The position numbers and the translations under genes are program-made. From Desulfotalea psychrophila LSv54 (GTDB taxonomy: Bacteria; Desulfobacterota; Desulfobulbia; Desulfobulbales; Desulfocapsaceae), in NCBI RefSeq assembly GCF_000025945.1, contig NC_006138.1:3300001-3332000 (forward strand): a stretch of 32,000 bases of DNA. Reading direction: 5' to 3'. Below, piece by piece: positions 27,637 to 32,000 of this stretch. Position 1 is the stretch's first letter, and each line of letters opens with the position of its first letter. The notes under the pieces were generated by a model. It was not told the DNA's origin. It saw nothing but the letters and a program-made list of their open reading frames with translations, and did no database searches.

Positions 27637-28644
27637 TTATCTATATAGACTTAGGCCCCTGCGAACTGTCTGTCTCAGCACCCTATAATTTTGGTAGTAA
27701 GGGGCTGAAAGTATTTTCTCCAAATTGAGCAGAGATGGTCTGATAAATTGGACAAAAAATGTCTTCTTTGCCACCGCTGACAACCAGGAAAAGGCCCCTA
27801 TTATCTGTAGACTACGCTGACAGGCAAGGAGACTGTACTGCTTGGCAAAGTCCTCTCGGCTAATATCTATCTGCGCACCCAGAGCAGCAAGGTAGTCCTC
27901 CCAGAGCAGGGCACGAAAATCTTCGTCCAGATCAACATAGGGATCATAGAGAAGAGAGGCCAGATCATAGCCTAATGGGCCCCGGCGTCCTCCCTGAAAA
28001 TCAATAATAGAGGGCCTACCGGCATGGATCATAATATTTCGCGACTGAAAATCGCGATGGAGAAAAAAGTCGGTGGAGTATAATGAAACAGCATCAGCAA
28101 GGGAGGAGAACTCCTCTGCAAGACCAATGGGCACCTCCTGACCGAGCAGACCCTGCCAAAATGCCCGCAAAAAATAACCGGACTCTCGCTCCAGCATCAG
28201 GCTCCTGTCATAGCAGGGACTATCCCAACACCAACTGCTGTCAATGCCTCGTGCCCTACAGTTCATGCCGGCAAGGGCACGAACAAGCTGGCGATAAAGC
28301 TGTCGTCCCTCTTCTGTATGGGCCACATCCTGCAGGCGAGTATTACCAAGGTCCTGAAAGAGCAAGCCTCCAGAAGCCTCATCCCAACCGTATATCGCGG
28401 GAACGGGAGTACCACAGGCCAGAAGATAACCTCCTATATGGTAGGCAGCACGAGATTCAGCCCTATCCTTTGCCTCCTCTCCAGCCGGCAAGACGGCAAT
28501 GAGGGTCTCGCCACCACTGGCTAATCGATAAAAACGCCGTGAAGATCCATCTCCTGCCAGCTGATTCTCCTGCAAAGGGATAAAATCCTCTCTGCCAGCC
28601 TTCTGCAGTAACTCAGTCACCACAGCCCTATCTTTTTCTTGCAT
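27637..28644 (-). CDS. Aminoglycoside-phosphotransferase-fold kinase, AmgK-like (candidate anomeric MurNAc/GlcNAc kinase)
   Basis: 335 aa with the APH/ChoK catalytic loop FLHRDFQSRNIMI and IIDFQG. The start overlaps the upstream nucleotidyltransferase stop by 1 nt (TGATG). Confidence 0.6.
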   Translation of the reverse strand: MQEKDRAVVTELLQKAGREDFIPLQENQLAGDGSSRRFYRLASGGETLIAVLPAGEEAKDRAESRAAYHIGGYLLACGTPVPAIYGWDEASGGLLFQDLGNTRLQDVAHTEEGRQLYRQLVRALAGMNCRARGIDSSWCWDSPCYDRSLMLERESGYFLRAFWQGLLGQEVPIGLAEEFSSLADAVSLYSTDFFLHRDFQSRNIMIHAGRPSIIDFQGGRRGPLGYDLASLLYDPYVDLDEDFRALLWEDYLAALGAQIDISREDFAKQYSLLACQRSLQIIGAFSWLSAVAKKTFFVQFIRPSLLNLEKILSAPYYQNYRVLRQTVRRGLSLYR

Positions 28645-29537
28645 CAGATAACCTCTCCGCCAAGACTCATCTCAGATGTCACAATGGTATCCCTATAGGA
28701 ACAGCCTTCCAGAAGTTCCGCCCCGGGCCAGACCACGGAACGGGCCAAGCGACAGGCTCCTTTTACCCGGACAGAGTCCGGCAAATAGGCCCAATCGGTC
28801 ACCTCCACACCTTCAGGGGGCACCGAGCTTAATTGAACAGCAGGCAAAAGCTCGGCAAGCACCGGCACCCGAGAGGACAACAAACCCGCATGCAGATCGA
28901 GATAGTCGGCAAGAGTACCCATATCCGCCCAATAAGACTCATCCATTCGGTAGGATGAAATCCTCCCACCACCTGCCAAGAGCCTTTTGTAGCGATCTAT
29001 AATACAGGAAAAGCTCTCCTCCTCTATATCCCTTAAAACCCAGGGATCGAGAACATGCAAACCAGAAAAAGCTGCATTTTTCAGTGACCCGGCACCAAAG
29101 CCCACCACCTCTTCTCCCAGCACCCCAACCCCGTTAAAACGAGGGCAATCATGCATGGCCATGGTTACGGGCAGGCACGCCCGTAAATGTGCATCATACA
29201 GGCTCCGATAGTCCAGGTTGTGATAGATATCACTGTTTGTCACCAGCAAAGGCGCATCGTCCAGACAGCTCAGGGCCCTGCGCAAACCACCGCCAGTGCC
29301 AAGAATCGTCTCCTCTTCCTGAATAATAAGGCCATCAATCCCCTGCACAGCCTGGACAATCTGCTCCCGCAGATGATGACAGTTGACAATAATTTTTCTA
29401 AATCCCGCATGCTGCAATCGCCTAATGGTCAAAATCAACAGGGGCGTATCCAAAATGGGAAAAAGAGGTTTAGGCCGTATTGCTGTAAAGGGTAGAAGAC
29501 GAGTACCAAAACCCGCCGCCAAAATCATTGCCTGCAT
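28644..29537 (-). CDS. Sugar-1-phosphate nucleotidyltransferase, MurU-like, with a short C-terminal beta-helix-like extension
   Basis: MQAMILAAGFGTRLLPFTAIRPKPLFPI is the NTP_transferase signature. The start is placed at ATG 29537 (GGAAGAGG upstream) rather than TTG 29561. Confidence 0.6.
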   Translation of the reverse strand: MQAMILAAGFGTRLLPFTAIRPKPLFPILDTPLLILTIRRLQHAGFRKIIVNCHHLREQIVQAVQGIDGLIIQEEETILGTGGGLRRALSCLDDAPLLVTNSDIYHNLDYRSLYDAHLRACLPVTMAMHDCPRFNGVGVLGEEVVGFGAGSLKNAAFSGLHVLDPWVLRDIEEESFSCIIDRYKRLLAGGGRISSYRMDESYWADMGTLADYLDLHAGLLSSRVPVLAELLPAVQLSSVPPEGVEVTDWAYLPDSVRVKGACRLARSVVWPGAELLEGCSYRDTIVTSEMSLGGEVI

Positions 29538-29584
29538 ATCAACCTCTTCCTGAAACTTCAAGGACGCATGCCCCTGATAGGATA

Positions 29585-30445
29585 CTAATCAATGAGCAGA
29601 GAGCCATCGCTATTTTCCACCACACCAACCACCACAATACCAGCGGCATCAGCCGCGGCCACCATGGCCTCACGATCAAAGAGCAGGGATTGCCCCGCCT
29701 CTACGGCGAGGACAGCACCCTTAACCGAGGCAAGACTCTGAATGGTCTGAATACCCGTGGCCGGCAGATCAAAACGGAAATCCTGTCCGGGCTTTCGCAC
29801 CTTAACAACCACCGCCTTTTCACGGGCAAGCTCACCACCACGCTTTATGGCCGCATCGGTACCCTCAATGGCCTCAACCGCCACCACCGAGCAATCACGA
29901 ACAACAACGGTCTGACCAATATCCATGGCCCCGATGGCCCTAGCGTTTTTCCAGCCAAACTCAACGTCCTTACGCTGATCCTTGCTGAGACTTTTAGCCG
30001 TCAAGGTCCCTCTCGGAAAGAGCAGTTCCTGCAGATAAATCGTCGACTCTAGCACCTTAACCCCATCTTTTTCGAGGGCACCAGCAACGGCACGGAGAAT
30101 AGCATCATCCTGCTTTATATCAATCTTATTCCATAGGGTCAGAGCCCTAACATCGGGCATGATATCGTGAAATATCCGTGTCTTGGTGATGGTGCCGACA
30201 AAGACTGTTTCACCAACCCCCTCCTTTTTGAAAAAGGAGAGGATTTTTCCCAACTGGCCAAGTTTTACCCAACAACAACTATCTGCGGCCTTAGCAACTT
30301 CTGGATCCGTTTCGCTACGATGGGCAACAACTGCCACACTACGCCCGGCCCGACGAGCCGCCTCTATAAAGAGTAGAGGGAACTGGCCACCACCTGCGAT
30401 AATACCTATTTTTTCCGGAATAATTTGTCTTTTAAAACCAAACAT
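29585..30445 (-). CDS. lpxI: UDP-2,3-diacylglucosamine diphosphatase LpxI (DUF1009 family)
   Basis: 286 aa. IGIIAGGGQFPLL at the N-terminus, MDIGQTVVV..VAVEAIEGTD, and a position immediately after lpxA. Confidence 0.75.
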   Translation of the reverse strand: MFGFKRQIIPEKIGIIAGGGQFPLLFIEAARRAGRSVAVVAHRSETDPEVAKAADSCCWVKLGQLGKILSFFKKEGVGETVFVGTITKTRIFHDIMPDVRALTLWNKIDIKQDDAILRAVAGALEKDGVKVLESTIYLQELLFPRGTLTAKSLSKDQRKDVEFGWKNARAIGAMDIGQTVVVRDCSVVAVEAIEGTDAAIKRGGELAREKAVVVKVRKPGQDFRFDLPATGIQTIQSLASVKGAVLAVEAGQSLLFDREAMVAAADAAGIVVVGVVENSDGSLLID

Positions 30446-30468
30446 AGTTATGAGAAGATCCCCTGTAG

Positions 30469-31269
30469 CTATTCAGTATCCGTAGTCTGCTTAACAACAC
30501 CACGTTTTGATTCTCTAAAAAATGTCACCAGCTTCTCCACTTCAAGATTGTGGGGATACTGCTCATGGGCAAGATTAATGGCATCTTTCATCAGCAGATT
30601 AGGCGAGCGAAAGATGAGACGAAAAGCCTCCTTAATCTCGTTGATAGTCTCACGACTAAAACCATTTCGTTTCAGGCCAATCTTATTTATACCAGAAATA
30701 CGGGTATTGCCCCGGGTACCGGAGACAATAATATAGGGCGGCACATCAAGGCTAAGCCCAGAAAGGCCGCCGACATAGCTATACTCACCAATACGACAAA
30801 ACTGATGAATAGCGACAAGACCACCAATCGATGCCCTGTCCCCCACCTCTACATGACCTGCCAAGGTTGCCACATTGGCCAGAATAATATGGTTGCCAAG
30901 GATACAGTCATGGGCAACATGGGTATAGGCCATAAGCAGATTGTTATTACCAATAACAGTTTTACCATGCCCAGAGGGCGTACCACGGTGAATGGAAGCG
31001 TACTCCCGGATCTGATTGTCATTACCTATGATAAGCTCGGTGGGCTCACCGCTATAGCTTAAATCCTGGGGAGCACCACCTATTGTGGCAAAGGAACCAA
31101 TAAAATTTCTCTCGCCAAGGGTGGTGGGACCTGAAACCACTGAGTGTGCTTCAACCCGGCTCCCGGCACCAATCCGAACTCCCTCACCGATAACAGCATA
31201 GGGTCCAACATGTACAGAGGTATCAAGCTCCGCCTTGGGATCAATTACAGCCGTTGGATGAATAGACAT
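30469..31269 (-). CDS. lpxA: Acyl-ACP--UDP-N-acetylglucosamine O-acyltransferase
   Basis: Hexapeptide repeats with IHPTAVIDP at the N-terminus and HQFCRIGEYSYVGG. The start is placed at ATG 31269 (MSIHPTAV), with GGAGG 7 nt upstream. Confidence 0.9.
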   Translation of the reverse strand: MSIHPTAVIDPKAELDTSVHVGPYAVIGEGVRIGAGSRVEAHSVVSGPTTLGERNFIGSFATIGGAPQDLSYSGEPTELIIGNDNQIREYASIHRGTPSGHGKTVIGNNNLLMAYTHVAHDCILGNHIILANVATLAGHVEVGDRASIGGLVAIHQFCRIGEYSYVGGLSGLSLDVPPYIIVSGTRGNTRISGINKIGLKRNGFSRETINEIKEAFRLIFRSPNLLMKDAINLAHEQYPHNLEVEKLVTFFRESKRGVVKQTTDTE

Positions 31270-31337
31270 ATAGTCCTCCACTTACCCTCTCCTAACCAAA
31301 GGATCGAGGGAATTTTAACTTTTAGATTAAGGGGAAA

Positions 31338-31790
31338 TTATGAAAACGAAGCCATGAGTTCGGCCTGAACGACGACCTGATCGTCAACATAACCCTTGGC
31401 AGACATAAAAATAATGGAACGTTTTTCTTTTACCAGCTGCACCTTATAGATGAGTTGATCACCAGGCCTTACTGGTTTACGAAAACGGGCCTTATCCACC
31501 CCGGCAAAAAAGGCCAATTTTTTACCAACCGCATCTGGCTCGGTATAAAAGGCATGAACACAGCCAACCTGAGCAAGTCCTTCAAGCATAAGTACCCCTG
31601 GCATAACGGGCTCCCCGGGAAAATGACCCTGGAAATACTGCTCGTTAAAGGTCACATTTTTCAACCCGACAATTTCCTTACCGGGATCAATAGATAGGAT
31701 ACGGTCAACCATGACGAAGGGATAACGGTGTGGCAACAGATCTAAAATCCCTACAATATCTATTTCTCCTGGAGTAATAACATCACTCAT
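31338..31790 (-). CDS. fabZ: 3-hydroxyacyl-ACP dehydratase FabZ
   Basis: LLPHRYPFVMVDRI and HFPGEPVMPGVLMLEGLAQ. The start is placed at ATG 31790 (MSDVITPGE), with AGGAGAG upstream. Confidence 0.92.
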   Translation of the reverse strand: MSDVITPGEIDIVGILDLLPHRYPFVMVDRILSIDPGKEIVGLKNVTFNEQYFQGHFPGEPVMPGVLMLEGLAQVGCVHAFYTEPDAVGKKLAFFAGVDKARFRKPVRPGDQLIYKVQLVKEKRSIIFMSAKGYVDDQVVVQAELMASFS

Positions 31791-31868
31791 ATTCTCTCCT
31801 TTATCATTTGCGCAGTGATCTCTGCCCGCAAGGGAACCAAGAGACTTGCGCAAAGTATTTAATGCTTT

Positions 31869-32000
31869 TTAATTTTTTCCTGCAAGCTCTTCTACGCTCT
31901 TTTTCAGGGCACGAATATCTTTTTGCATCTCCGGAAGCTTCGTGGTCAAGACCACGGACTTTCGCCATTGCTTAATAGGCCGGGCCGGAATACCGCCAAC
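31869..32000 (-). CDS. lpxD: UDP-3-O-acylglucosamine N-acyltransferase LpxD, C-terminal 43 codons only
   Basis: My translation of the minus strand from the window edge reads VGGIPARPIKQWRKSVVLTTKLPEMQKDIRALKKSVEELAGKN*. The GG(I/V)PA.P..(E/Q)W end and the position upstream of fabZ-lpxA fit LpxD. It is not in the ORF track because it is edge-truncated. Confidence 0.7.
   Translation of the reverse strand, partial: VGGIPARPIKQWRKSVVLTTKLPEMQKDIRALKKSVEELAGKN

Overview
This window looks like ordinary core chromosome from a Gram-negative bacterium with about 48-50% GC by eye. The gene content (SelB, LpxI, Mrp/NBP35, AmpG) suggests a Desulfobacterota-type anaerobe, but that lineage guess is inference only. 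It is densely packed with housekeeping genes. On the minus strand these are nadE (5' part), mltG, lon, manB-manC-ampG, a single-domain Hpt protein, selB, an MBL-fold hydrolase, mrp, der, and a lipid A block lpxD(3' end)-fabZ-lpxA-lpxI followed by a sugar-nucleotidyltransferase and an APH-family kinase. On the plus strand they are a hexapeptide-repeat protein, mltF, cysS, a possible 56-aa ORF, mpl, tilS, ftsY, djlA and a class I/II aminotransferase. I found no rRNA, tRNA, CRISPR array, transposase, integrase, or recognisable defence or toxin module, and I see no convincing novel multi-gene system. Five things merit a second look. (1) lon is split into two ORFs by one extra base in a homopolymer context. 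(2) The 474-bp convergent tilS/selB spacer is repeat-rich, with a 24-bp x ~3.75 tandem array of alternating GTATG/CATAC pentamers and a 9-bp x ~3.8 array. (3) Peptidoglycan turnover and recycling genes are over-represented (mltG, mltF, ampG, mpl, an AmgK/MurU-like pair), and the kinase/nucleotidyltransferase pair sits where lpxB usually follows lpxI. (4) An untracked 56-aa ORF abuts mpl. (5) An Mrp ATPase with extra Cys clusters appears co-transcribed with the MBL hydrolase and selB. All functional calls rest on motifs I recognise in the translations; no database search was run.
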